From Betaproteobacteria bacterium (GTDB lineage Bacteria; Pseudomonadota; Gammaproteobacteria; Burkholderiales; Casimicrobiaceae), in the NCBI GenBank assembly GCA_040005035.1, contig JBDTZQ010000001.1:1-62847 (forward strand): DNA of 62,847 nucleotides. Direction: 5' to 3'. Shown one piece after another: positions 1 through 9,211 of this stretch. Numbering within the stretch: position 1 is the first letter of the stretch; each line of letters opens with the position of its first letter. The notes under the pieces are model-generated. The model was not told where the DNA came from, did not search any database, and saw only the letters and a program-made list of their open reading frames with translations. The position numbers and the translations under genes are program-made.

Positions 1-2
1 GC

Positions 3-230
3 GTCACGACCAAGGGTGTCCAGGGCACGGCCGCGCACATCCACACGGGAGCCGCCGGAAAGAACGGTCCCGTAATCGTGCCGTTCACCAAGGAAGGCGA
101 TACGTACAAGGCGCCTGCCGGGGCCAAGCTGAACGCGGAACAGATGACGGCGTTTAAGGCTGGCAAGCTCTACTTCAACGTGCACAGCGCGGCGAACCCC
201 GGTGGTGAGGTCCGCGGTCAGCTAAAGTAA
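3..230 (+). CDS. CHRD domain protein, C-terminal fragment (5' end outside window)
   Basis: The frame is open from the window edge to TAA at 228-230. It translates to ...AAHIHTGAAGKNGPVIVPF...LYFNVHSAANPGGEVRGQLK, which is typical CHRD signature sequence. Confidence 0.7.
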   Translation, partial: VTTKGVQGTAAHIHTGAAGKNGPVIVPFTKEGDTYKAPAGAKLNAEQMTAFKAGKLYFNVHSAANPGGEVRGQLK

Positions 231-371
231 GAGCAGCACGCCGTCGAGCCTCGCGGCGACGCGGATGAATATTGTTCTGGAGAGCTCCGGTCCGGAAATG
301 GCGGGCCGGGGGCTCTTAACTCTTGCGGTGGAGAATAACGGCGCGGAGCTAGCGCGCCACGCGCGCGTTTA

Positions 372-590
372 TTATCGCGTCTTCCCTATCGTTCCTCGGG
401 TCGGCCGGTCAGCGATCTGTAACGGCGGCGGGAACACGAACAGGATGTTCGATGCGATCGCGTAGACCTGGCCCTTGGGCCCGATCGCCGGAGGCGAGGT
501 CCCTCCACGCACCCAATCGAAGGACTGCAAGGTCGCGAGAAAGAATGCGTAGGTGACGATGCCGTACATGACAGTCAGGACCGCGCCCAT
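372..590 (-). CDS. small hydrophobic hypothetical protein, possibly a truncated membrane protein
   Basis: An internal ATG at 590 is preceded by GGAG with a 6-nt spacer. The product MGAVLTVMYGIVTYAFFLATL... has one clear TM helix. No family was recognised with confidence. Confidence 0.3.
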   Translation of the reverse strand: MGAVLTVMYGIVTYAFFLATLQSFDWVRGGTSPPAIGPKGQVYAIASNILFVFPPPLQIADRPTRGTIGKTR

Positions 591-952
591 GTAAAACTCC
601 TTGATGAATGGGAGACAACGCGCCGATCGCGGTGTCGATTGCAATTCAGTCTAGTGGGCAGGTGCGGCAGGGAAACGTCACTGCGAGGCCATGTATGTTT
701 CATTTGTTTCACGCGCATCGAGTACCTGTCGAATGGTTCGAGATTCAGTCTCGACGGTTTATGTCATGCACGACTTCCTTGCCACTGGTCGCGTCGAATG
801 GCTGCGCATAGTCCACCAGAACACGCGACAGCTGAAGCGTTCGTCAACTGATCCGCGAGTGCAACCATGGCACTGGTCGGAAGCACGGTATAGAATTCCA
901 GCGACGACTCGTCCACAACCCGAGGCTTTTTTGCACGCGGGGGGATCGAACG

Positions 953-3667
953 ATGTACCGCTCGTTACGCATCTTCACAGTAGTCGCCGTCGTTTTCTTG
1001 TCCGGCTGCGTTGCGACTCCGCTGCGCGAAATCCCGCCGAAGATGCCCGAAGCGGGGGAGGGCGTCACGGCCAACGCCGCGAACGGCGGACGCGTGCAGT
1101 CCATCGCCGTCAATCCGCTGAATAGCAACAATGCCATCGTCGCAATGCAGTTCGGCGGATTGTGGAAGACCTACAACGCGGGGCAGGCTTGGTTTCGGGT
1201 CTACACACTGCCCGCCGTCTACGTCACCGACGTCGAGTATGGCGCGGATGGCAACACGGTCGTAGCCACCGTGTTCCGGGACAACCAGACGCAGATTGGC
1301 GGCGGTGGCGGCATCTACGTAAGCAGAACGAACGGCGATTTCTGGGCACGGCCCCAGACCGGCATCGTGCCAGTGAATCCCTGGACATCGGTCGCAACGA
1401 GCGCCCATTCGGTCTCGCGCGCACCGGATGAGCGCGGCCTCTGGTATGCGGGAACGGATTTTGGCGTTGCGATCAGCCGCGACGACGCCAACAGTTGGAC
1501 GCACACGAGCTTCGCGCAAGCCGCGATCCAGTCCGTGCTCGCCTTTCCCGGCGGGACAGTGCTTGCGATGGACTCGACCCGCGTCTGGCGCAGCGACAAC
1601 CGCGGAGCGACCTGGCGCGTCGTCATCACCGATGACTTCTCGCAGTTCTCGCCGATGAACCAGGGCGTCGCCCCCAGCGGCAACAAGATGGATCGCTCGC
1701 CGCTGCAGCCGTGGGCTTTCATTCTGAGAGACTACCAAGCCGCACCGCCACACGGCTCCGGCAGGCTGTGGTTCTACGAGCTCGACACCGACATCAAGAC
1801 GCCGCTCGCACTGCCGCAGGGCCGCTCACGCGGGCCGTTCGTGCGGGTATCAAAGGACGACCTTTTCGGGGGCAATAACATCCGGGTATGGGTCGGCACG
1901 GGGTGGGACGGCTACTACGTGATTCGCGACAACGCCGCCGCCTTCCGTGGGCTGCTTTCGACTCCAGAATGGGACGACTGGGTGAGCTTCGTCGCGGAAG
2001 CCGGAATTCACGCCGATATGGGTGATTTCGGCCTCGATGCAAACGCGAAGCCCGCGTTCCTCAGCAGCGATGGTGGCATCTTCAAGCCGCGCCCACAGGA
2101 CCATTGGTGGGACATCGGCGGCCAGCATAAATGGATGAGCGCGGCACGGCCCGGCAGCGGCATGAATTCTCTGCAGATATCCGACCTTGCCGGCACCAAC
2201 TTCCACATGCCGAACGGCAGCGTCACGACGTCGCTTTACATCACGACGCAGGACAACAATCTCTACACGTCGCCGGATGGCGGCTTTACATGGACCGTGG
2301 GGAGCGGGGGGGAGGGCTTCGGCCTCGAAAGCCGCGTCGATGCGAACAACGGCGAAAGCGCACAGATCGTGTTCGTCGACGTGGGCGGGGGAATCGGGGA
2401 CACCTTTGCCGACGCCAACATGACGAATAAGCGGCCCGTGCCGAAGCTCGACCAGAACGGCACGCCGCTCGATAAGTTCCAGAATCCTTATTTTGTCAGC
2501 CAGCAGCCCGGCGGCAACACGAGCAATTGGGTGCGTCGGCGGATTCCGAGCACGCCAGTTACCGAAGTGTATTTTTCGAACAATAGCGGCGACAACTGGT
2601 TTCAGTTCGCTACGGCCAATTTCAGCTTCGCCGGCGAAGTGCGCACGATAGGCAGCGTCGCCTGGCTTCCGGTCTTCACGGGCGGCGTGGGTAACGAGAT
2701 CGGTCTCGTACCGATGACGACGTCCACCCCGCCTGGACAACCGCCACCGGTCTACGACGACAGCGACGTCGTGCGCCTTCCGGGACCCGGCAGCCTCGGA
2801 CAAAGGTTCACCGAGTTCGACAAGCACGCGATCTACGGAGTGCACCCGACCAACTGGGCGTACGTGATCGCGCCCGATATCGTCACCAACAACGTCAAGG
2901 TCACGCGTGACGGTGGCAAGACGTGGAAGACGGACGCGGGTCTCACTGCCGAGGTGCTGCGCGGCGGTGCGGTGCGCATGTGGGGTGGCAAGGCGGATTT
3001 CTTCCAAGTCACCGAGATCGCCTTCGATCCCTATAATCCGCGGCGAATCCTGGTCGGCACACGCGACAGCGGCATCGCGTGTTCCATGGATGACGGGGCT
3101 ACGTGGCGCACCATCTACGACTCCGACAAGATTCTGTACATCACCGGTTTTCACTTCCATCCTAGCGGCTCGGTCTATATCTCGAGCTACGGTCGCGGGC
3201 TGTGGTACATGGAGCCTGGTCCAGGCGGCTCAAGTTGCCCGAAGTCGTACGACTTCCCTTGGGACGTGAAACCCATCATCGCAACCGACGGTGGCGTGCT
3301 CGCGCGCGATGCGCCGACGCCGCGCGGTATCGCCGCTTCCGACCGGCCGAAGCTTTTCGTGAGGTTCGAAGAACAGGAACCCGAGGGTGACCGTCTCGCC
3401 ATCGCGGGACGGGGCTTCGCTCCGGGCCAAGACGTCATCCTGCGGTGTCGCGAATTCGAGCGTTTGCAGACACGCGTTCGTGCGGACGCGAAGGGGCACT
3501 TCGTGACGACCCTCAAGCTCCCCGACTCCTTCCCCCACGGCACCTTCACGCTTGAGGCGCACGGTGCGGCAGGTAGGCTCACTGCGAGCGAATTCGACAA
3601 AGGCTTTTCCGACGAGGATCTCGACGAGCGAGATCGTGTCGTCGATCGGCCCCCGCCTAAGCGCTGA
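953..3667 (+). CDS. BNR/Asp-box repeat lipoprotein (sialidase-like beta-propeller fold), 904 aa
   Basis: The N-terminus has a lipobox (VVFLSGC). There are at least six S/T-x-D-x-G-x-T/S-W Asp-boxes: SDNRGATW, SPDGGFTW, TRDGGKTW, SMDDGATW, SRDDANSW and SNNSGDNW. It is a long uninterrupted ORF. Confidence 0.7.
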   Translation: MYRSLRIFTVVAVVFLSGCVATPLREIPPKMPEAGEGVTANAANGGRVQSIAVNPLNSNNAIVAMQFGGLWKTYNAGQAWFRVYTLPAVYVTDVEYGADGNTVVATVFRDNQTQIGGGGGIYVSRTNGDFWARPQTGIVPVNPWTSVATSAHSVSRAPDERGLWYAGTDFGVAISRDDANSWTHTSFAQAAIQSVLAFPGGTVLAMDSTRVWRSDNRGATWRVVITDDFSQFSPMNQGVAPSGNKMDRSPLQPWAFILRDYQAAPPHGSGRLWFYELDTDIKTPLALPQGRSRGPFVRVSKDDLFGGNNIRVWVGTGWDGYYVIRDNAAAFRGLLSTPEWDDWVSFVAEAGIHADMGDFGLDANAKPAFLSSDGGIFKPRPQDHWWDIGGQHKWMSAARPGSGMNSLQISDLAGTNFHMPNGSVTTSLYITTQDNNLYTSPDGGFTWTVGSGGEGFGLESRVDANNGESAQIVFVDVGGGIGDTFADANMTNKRPVPKLDQNGTPLDKFQNPYFVSQQPGGNTSNWVRRRIPSTPVTEVYFSNNSGDNWFQFATANFSFAGEVRTIGSVAWLPVFTGGVGNEIGLVPMTTSTPPGQPPPVYDDSDVVRLPGPGSLGQRFTEFDKHAIYGVHPTNWAYVIAPDIVTNNVKVTRDGGKTWKTDAGLTAEVLRGGAVRMWGGKADFFQVTEIAFDPYNPRRILVGTRDSGIACSMDDGATWRTIYDSDKILYITGFHFHPSGSVYISSYGRGLWYMEPGPGGSSCPKSYDFPWDVKPIIATDGGVLARDAPTPRGIAASDRPKLFVRFEEQEPEGDRLAIAGRGFAPGQDVILRCREFERLQTRVRADAKGHFVTTLKLPDSFPHGTFTLEAHGAAGRLTASEFDKGFSDEDLDERDRVVDRPPPKR

Positions 3668-3751
3668 CGCCGCAAGCTTCCACCCGTCAGAGGCGCTCGC
3701 TGAACCAAGCTGGGCTAAGCTGAATCCAACCCTTGTGCCGAATCGATTCGC

Positions 3752-5569
3752 ATGAAGCCTTCAGTGCCGACGCCCCCTGCATTGAGCGAGGAGCTGCCTG
3801 ACAGCCCCATCGTCTCTGCAGCCCGCGCCTTGCCCGCGGGTACCCGCCTGGATGACTTCGAGCTTGGGGAAATCATCGGCGAGGGCAGTGCAACGGTCGT
3901 CTACGCGGCCACGGACCGCGCGCTCGCGATACCGGTGGCAATCGCGGAGTACATGCCGGCATCGATTGCGCAGCGTAATGATGCCGCGCAGGTCACACCA
4001 AGGACCCCCGCGCAGGCCGATGCCTTTGCGAGAGGGCTGAAGGCCTTCATCAATGAAACCCGCACGCTGGCCCGATGCGATCATCCCTCGCTGGTGCGCG
4101 TCTTGCGTCTATTCGAAGCCAACGCGACTGCCTACCGCGTCATGCCGCGCTTCCCGACTAGGCGGCTGCTCGAGGTGCGTCAGCACATGCTTGAACCACC
4201 CGACGAGGAGGCAGTGCGCGCGCTGCTTGACGCACTGCTGGGCGCGCTGGAGGCGTTTCACCACACAGGTGGATTTCACGGCAAGGTCACGCCCTCAAAT
4301 ATCTTGCTGCTGCCCCACAACAAGCCGCTGCTGCTAAGCCCCGGTGCAGCGGGCCGGGTGATCGCCAGCGACCGGATCGACGCGCTGCTCACCAGCTTGG
4401 AACCCTCCTTCGCGCCGATCGAACAGATCGTCGAATCGGCGGACACCTCGCTAAATCTCTCGGTCGACCTATATGCGCTCGCCGGAGTCGCGCGCTACTG
4501 GATCAGCGGGCAGTTGCCCGAGCCGGCCTTCGTCCCTGGCGACACCGCACACCGCGAACCATTCGCCAAGACGGCACAACGGCTGTGCAGGACCTGGCCG
4601 CGGCTGCGCTACAGCGCATCCCTGGTGGGCGCGCTCGAAAGCGCCTTGTCGATCTACCCCACTGAGCGGCCGCAAAGCGTCGCGCAGATGCGCGCGCGCC
4701 TGGGTATCGCACCTCCGGTTGCTGGTGACGTCGTCAGCCCGCCATTGATTGCTGAGCCTGTTTCGAACGACGCCGTACCATCGTCGCCGGCGCCGCCGGC
4801 ACCTGCGACACAAGATCTTGATGCAGTGATGGCGGTCGCGCCCGGTCCAGACCCCGAACCCGAACCCGAACCCGAACACGAACCCGAACCTGAACCTGAA
4901 CTCTTGGCAACTGCCACCTTCACTGGCATCGATGATGATTCGTCGGCGCGGACAGCTTTCACACGCCAAGCGTCAAATTCCCGGCGCGCGGCGATGTGGA
5001 GTGGCGTCGTGGTGCTGCTGGCACTGGTGCTGCTTGCAGGTGTTTATGAGTTTCGCCGGGAACCCCAGATTGCGCGCGTGCTCGATGTCCTTGGCATCAG
5101 CCAAGGCACCGGCGCCGGGGATAGCGCGGCCGTGTCTGCGTCCGGCGTAGGCCCTGTGGCTCCGGCGACACCGTCGATTGCCGCAGACCCGGGGAGCGCG
5201 AAGTCGATGCCGCCGGAGCCCGCTGCCGCGGACTCAGCGGCGAGCGCTACCGCACCTGAATCCCCGGCGACCGCTACCGCGCCTGCATCCCCGGCGAGCG
5301 CCAACCCCGAGACGCCGGCGACCGCGGATACCGTCGCCCCGGCCGCACCGGCCGCACCGGCTGCAGTCGCAGAGCCATCCGCCCCCAGCCCGCCCCACGC
5401 ACGGACGGCGCAGCAGGGTGCCCGGCGCGCTCCGGCCAGCCCGCGCGCCGCCTGCGGAGCGCGCACGGATTTCGCTCTGTACCGCTGCATGCAAACGCAG
5501 TGCAGCCAGCGACGTTGGGCATCGCACGCCCAATGTAAGCAACTGCGTACCAACGACAGCGTGAACTGA
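3752..5569 (+). CDS. membrane-anchored protein-kinase-like protein (predicted pseudokinase) with a Cys-rich C-terminal motif
   Basis: The fold is Hanks-kinase-like: G-loop GEGSATVVY, and VAIAEY where VAIK is expected. FHGKVTPSN sits where HRDxKPxN is expected, and SPG where DFG is expected. These are followed by a PEPEPE linker, one TM helix (MWSGVVVLLALVLLAGV), an Ala/Pro-rich region and a terminal CGARTDFALYRCMQTQCSQRRWASHAQCKQLR motif. Confidence 0.7.
   Translation: MKPSVPTPPALSEELPDSPIVSAARALPAGTRLDDFELGEIIGEGSATVVYAATDRALAIPVAIAEYMPASIAQRNDAAQVTPRTPAQADAFARGLKAFINETRTLARCDHPSLVRVLRLFEANATAYRVMPRFPTRRLLEVRQHMLEPPDEEAVRALLDALLGALEAFHHTGGFHGKVTPSNILLLPHNKPLLLSPGAAGRVIASDRIDALLTSLEPSFAPIEQIVESADTSLNLSVDLYALAGVARYWISGQLPEPAFVPGDTAHREPFAKTAQRLCRTWPRLRYSASLVGALESALSIYPTERPQSVAQMRARLGIAPPVAGDVVSPPLIAEPVSNDAVPSSPAPPAPATQDLDAVMAVAPGPDPEPEPEPEHEPEPEPELLATATFTGIDDDSSARTAFTRQASNSRRAAMWSGVVVLLALVLLAGVYEFRREPQIARVLDVLGISQGTGAGDSAAVSASGVGPVAPATPSIAADPGSAKSMPPEPAAADSAASATAPESPATATAPASPASANPETPATADTVAPAAPAAPAAVAEPSAPSPPHARTAQQGARRAPASPRAACGARTDFALYRCMQTQCSQRRWASHAQCKQLRTNDSVN
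4853..4900. repeat. hexanucleotide tandem repeat (CCCGAA)x8, imperfect, inside the kinase-like CDS
   Basis: The units read cccgaa x4, cacgaa, cccgaa, cctgaa, cctgaa. They encode PEPEPEPEHEPEPEPE. Confidence 0.9.
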
Positions 5570-5903
5570 CTCGTCGCACCCTGCTTGGTGATCTACGACC
5601 GCTTCTGGCCGATAGCCGTCATGCGACCCACAAGGCTTGGCGCACTCATGGATCGCGCCATCGCGAGTAAAGATGCGCCGGTGTCTCACCTGCCTGTTAG
5701 ATCGCCTCGCCGATAATTCTGTGCCTTGGCCGCCCGCGGTACGGATCCCAGTCCGCGAGCGCCATTCCCTCGCGCTCGACGAAGCTCTCCACGGCGCTCT
5801 GAGCAATCTCACGCGCGCGCTGCTCACCGGCGGCGATGCGCTTCGAGATCAATTGCAATTTTGAACTACGGCGATAGGTGATTACGCGACTCGACGAAAC
5901 CTG

Positions 5904-6308
5904 CTAGTGCTTCGCCTGCGAGCCGACTGCCCCGCGCATCGCCTGCAGAAAACTTCGGTACTCGGAGCTCTTGTCGAAGACACCCGCGGCGCCGAGCGCA
6001 AGGCAATGACTTCTATATACAGGCGAGTCGTAGTTGGTTAAGACTAAAACCCTCGGCGTCGGATCGCAGTCGGACTGCTGTGAGTAGCGAAGGACGTCTA
6101 CGCCCGAACCTTCTCTCAACCTTAGGTCAGTGACAACGATGTCAGGGCACAGATGGTCAATTGCTTTGATGGCATCGCTCTCTGTGTCGGCCGTCGCAAC
6201 TACCTCAAAGCGCCCTACGGCGTGGATATCGTTGACGATCCGCGCACTAAGGAGCACGGAATCTTCCACGACTAATACCTTTGTCAACGTTGAGAGCTTG
6301 TCGACCAT
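5904..6308 (-). CDS. stand-alone response-regulator receiver (CheY-like), about 134 aa
   Basis: Starting at ATG 6308 gives MVDKLSTLTKVLVVEDS... The canonical receiver residues are present: acidic pair ED, phospho-acceptor in IVVTDLRL, T in VLVLTNY, K in FDKS. There is no output domain. Confidence 0.8.
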   Translation of the reverse strand: MVDKLSTLTKVLVVEDSVLLSARIVNDIHAVGRFEVVATADTESDAIKAIDHLCPDIVVTDLRLREGSGVDVLRYSQQSDCDPTPRVLVLTNYDSPVYRSHCLALGAAGVFDKSSEYRSFLQAMRGAVGSQAKH

Positions 6309-6433
6309 ATAAAACGCTACCGCTTTGGTGAATTCGGGTCTGTCAGATACCGCTGAAAGATGGGTAGGACACTGGCTGGGCGACTCGAAGTAGGTCTGTA
6401 AACCAAGCTGAATGAGGCGCCGCCGCCGATCCA

Positions 6434-6604
6434 CTATTTTTTCGTAGCGCCTCCATCGCTGCCCTTCGCTTCGCGCCCCGAGTCGAGAACACTTCCCGCG
6501 CCTTGGGGCGAACCGCCCTTCCTGCGCGTGTTCTTGCCCTTTCCCTCGCTCTTGCCTTGCTGCGTGTCCTGCTTGCTGTTATTTTTCGTTTGCTGCGTGC
6601 CCAC
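6434..6604 (-). CDS. small hydrophilic Lys/Gly/Gln-rich protein, 56 aa (below the ORF-track cutoff)
   Basis: A GTG at 6604 is preceded by GAGGAGG with a 4-nt spacer. The product is VGTQQTKNNSKQDTQQGKSEGKGKNTRRKGGSPQGAGSVLDSGREAKGSDGGATKK, ending at TAG 6436-6434. The composition is hydrophilin or stress-protein-like. Confidence 0.4.
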   Translation of the reverse strand: MGTQQTKNNSKQDTQQGKSEGKGKNTRRKGGSPQGAGSVLDSGREAKGSDGGATKK

Positions 6605-6940
6605 GGCACCTCCTCAAAAGAATCGCCACGATCGTGGCGTGTAGAGTGTCTCGCTGACGTGGCCTCCATGGCATCGGATTGCGTCTGATATTGACGTAGT
6701 CCGGCGAGAATCGAAATACAAGCGCCTGACATCCCGCCGAAGTCCTTGAGATCTTAGCTTTGCCAATGCCGTGCCAGTACGCGCGGTTCGCAAACGGTTC
6801 CGCGCTGAGGGCAGCGCGACGAAGCGCCAGGCGGAAATGGTGCCGAATGCAGCTACTTGAGCATTGAGCGACGGGGCAGGGGGTCAGACTCCCCTCCCGT
6901 CGGATGGCTAGCCATCAGGATCCTTCCGTCGCGGTGCCGC

Positions 6941-7222
6941 TTATGTCGTCGCGCCGGCCCTGTGGCTGGGATCGTTAAGGCTATGTTCGGCCGACCGTCG
7001 ATCCTTATGCTGCACTATCTGCGCCGACACGATCGTGCAATTGGCCGTGACCAGTTCACCGTCATGCCCTGAACGCTGCACGGTCACCCGCACTTCAGTA
7101 ATGGACACTCCAAGCTCGGCCTCAATTTTGCAGAGCAGCTCCCTAAGCACCGGTGCAGCGGCGTCACACAACTGCCGCTCAGCCTTTGCGTAAAGAGTAA
7201 ACTGGTTGCTCGAGGTTGACAT
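6941..7222 (-). CDS. hypothetical protein, 93 aa, divergent from kaiC
   Basis: The ORF has an ATG start and a weak SD (aaaggg). No family was recognised. It lies in the lower-GC segment. Confidence 0.35.
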   Translation of the reverse strand: MSTSSNQFTLYAKAERQLCDAAAPVLRELLCKIEAELGVSITEVRVTVQRSGHDGELVTANCTIVSAQIVQHKDRRSAEHSLNDPSHRAGATT

Positions 7223-7413
7223 GTATCGCCCTTTAGCCTCTCACCTAAACTCGCACGAACGCAGTATCGATGGGTACGACGGACGTTGTAAGAATAGGCT
7301 GGTTACTGCTTCCAGTACTAGGTAGTCGAAGCTCCATTCTGATAGGGCCAGTCGGCCCTTCGGTGGTAGAGGACATGGCGCAATTCCGCTAAATTCGCGG
7401 GAAAATAGCACAA

Positions 7414-8886
7414 ATGCCAAGCTCAAAAGCATCACGAAGCCGCGGAGTGGTCAATCGGCCGAAGCCGCGGCGGCTAGGAAAGGCCGCTACCGGCATCCAG
7501 GGATTGGACGAGATCACCGAAGGTGGCTTGCCTCGCGGGCGAACGACGCTAGTCTGCGGTAGCGCCGGTTGTGGAAAGACGTTGCTTGCGATGGAGTTCC
7601 TCGTCCGCGGGGCTCGCGATTTGGAAGAGCCCGGCGTGTTTCTGTCGTTCGAGGAAAGCCCGGCGGAACTCGCAGAGAACGTAGCGTCGATAGGGTTCGA
7701 CCTACAGGCGCTGGTGCGGCGAAAGAAGTTGCGCATTGACCACGTCCGAGTTGTGCGCAGCGAGATTGCCGAGACCGGCGATTTTGACCTCGAGGGCCTG
7801 TTCATCCGGTTGGGGCACGCCATCGATGAAATCGGAGCGAAGCGCGTCGTCCTGGACACGTTGGAAGCCCTTTTTGGAGGCTTCGCAGACGTGGCCATTC
7901 TGCGCGCGGAGCTGCGTCGCCTCTTCGACTGGCTCAAAGAGCGCGGCGTGACAACCGTCCTTACGGGCGAGCGCGGCGAGGGCACACTCACACGTCATGG
8001 ATTCGAGGAGTACGTGTCGGACTGTGTGATCCTCCTTGATCATCGCGTTGTGGGGCAGCTTAGCGCGCGCCGCCTGCGCATCATTAAGTACCGCGGCAGC
8101 TTCCATGGGACGGACGAGTATCCCTTTTTGATCCGGGAAAATGGTATTTCAGTCGCCCCGATCACCTCGATAACGCTGAATCACAACGCATCCACCGAAA
8201 TTGTTTCAAGCGGCGTTCCCAGCCTCGACGGCACGCTAGGGGCCAATGGCTTCTATCGCGGCAGCACCATACTTTTGTCAGGTACTGCCGGCACGGGTAA
8301 GAGCAGTATCGCTGGTCATTTCGTCGCGGAGGCGGGTCGTCGCGGGGAGAGATCGCTCTACGTGGCACTAGAGGAATCACAGAGCGCGATCACTCGCAAT
8401 CTCAAATCGATCGGCGTTCGGCTGTCACCGCTGCTCTCCCAGGATCTTGTCCGCTTTCATGTCACCCGCCCCACAGAGCACAGCCTTGAAATGCATCTGG
8501 CTCTGCTCCACGAGACCGTCCGCGACTATATGCCGCGTGTGATTGTCGTGGATTCGATTACGAGCCTTTTGGCAATGGGTGACCAGCGCGAGGTGACGTC
8601 GATGCTCATTCGGCTGATCGACTTTCTCAAAATGAACGACATTACAGTGGTCATGACCGCACTCGTAACTGGCGGATACCTCGATGCGACGACGGGCATG
8701 CACATATCCTCCCTTGTCGACACTTGGCTTTCCCTGACCAATGACGAGCACACTGGCGCGCGGCGCCGAACCATTTCAGTGGTAAAGGCCCGTGGTATGC
8801 GCCACTCGAACCAGGTCCATGAGCTGGACATGTCTAACAAAGGCGTCGAAGTGAGTCAACCGATCACGGCGCGGATTAGACCGTGA
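7414..8886 (+). CDS. kaiC: circadian-clock-type ATPase KaiC (double RecA-like domain)
   Basis: Two tandem domains each carry a Walker A ([16 protein letters not shown]). Each has a catalytic EE pair ([16 protein letters not shown]) and a Walker B ([16 protein letters not shown]). The phosphosite region is [12 protein letters not shown]. The protein is 490 aa with a short C-terminus. Confidence 0.92.
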   Translation: MPSSKASRSRGVVNRPKPRRLGKAATGIQGLDEITEGGLPRGRTTLVCGSAGCGKTLLAMEFLVRGARDLEEPGVFLSFEESPAELAENVASIGFDLQALVRRKKLRIDHVRVVRSEIAETGDFDLEGLFIRLGHAIDEIGAKRVVLDTLEALFGGFADVAILRAELRRLFDWLKERGVTTVLTGERGEGTLTRHGFEEYVSDCVILLDHRVVGQLSARRLRIIKYRGSFHGTDEYPFLIRENGISVAPITSITLNHNASTEIVSSGVPSLDGTLGANGFYRGSTILLSGTAGTGKSSIAGHFVAEAGRRGERSLYVALEESQSAITRNLKSIGVRLSPLLSQDLVRFHVTRPTEHSLEMHLALLHETVRDYMPRVIVVDSITSLLAMGDQREVTSMLIRLIDFLKMNDITVVMTALVTGGYLDATTGMHISSLVDTWLSLTNDEHTGARRRTISVVKARGMRHSNQVHELDMSNKGVEVSQPITARIRP

Positions 8887-9206
8887 GCGCTGGCGCAAGG
8901 CAAGGACCACCAAAAAAGCTGCCGACCCGCGGCGCTTACGTGCTCTGTCTCTACGTCGCGGGCGAGACTTCTCGATCTATCACCGCACTCGCCAACCTCA
9001 AGAAAATCTGCAAGGAACACCTCCCGGCAGGGTATCGGATCAAGGTAATCGACCTGCTCAAGAATCCGCGGCTCGCGCGGGATCATCAGATCCTCGCACT
9101 GCCAACGCTGGTGCGCCAGCTTCCGTACCCGATTCACAAGATCATTGGGGACCTGTCCAACACCGAGCGTGTGCTGGTCGGCCTCGACATCAAGCCGGTG
9201 AAATAG
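8883..9206 (+). CDS. kaiB: KaiB (thioredoxin-like clock protein)
   Basis: The sequence [29 protein letters not shown]...[51 protein letters not shown] aligns along its length with cyanobacterial KaiB as recalled from memory. The GTG start overlaps the kaiC stop (GTGA). Confidence 0.9.
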   Translation: MSAGARQGPPKKLPTRGAYVLCLYVAGETSRSITALANLKKICKEHLPAGYRIKVIDLLKNPRLARDHQILALPTLVRQLPYPIHKIIGDLSNTERVLVGLDIKPVK

Positions 9207-9211
9207 CTCCA

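Noticed and set aside
372-644. N-terminus resembling ICMT/PEMT-type membrane methyltransferases (YG..TY..FL.T pattern), suggesting a truncated pseudogene.
   Set aside because: The similarity is limited to about 15 residues recalled from memory. It cannot be substantiated without a profile search, so the feature is kept only as a low-confidence small membrane ORF.
1850-3160. Long antisense or alternative-frame ORFs throughout the window. Examples are 1850..3160-, 19457..20656-, 21158..23164-, 35780..37162-, 37638..39392-, 44226..46445-, 51665..53413- and 56583..58205+.
   Set aside because: They overlap strongly supported genes and have Arg/Ala/Gly/Pro-dominated low-complexity translations with no recognisable motifs. 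They are the expected stop-codon-poor shadows in roughly 70% GC DNA.
5697-5903. A 68-codon stop-to-stop frame on the minus strand directly after the receiver gene stop (...ITYRRSSKLQLISKRIAAGEQRAREIAQSAVESFVEREGMALADWDPYRG...), with a vaguely antitoxin/RHH-like C-terminus.
   Set aside because: It has no ATG or GTG start, only internal TTG codons and a late ATG, and no SD. I could not name a family. It could be a gene remnant, and the support is insufficient to call it.
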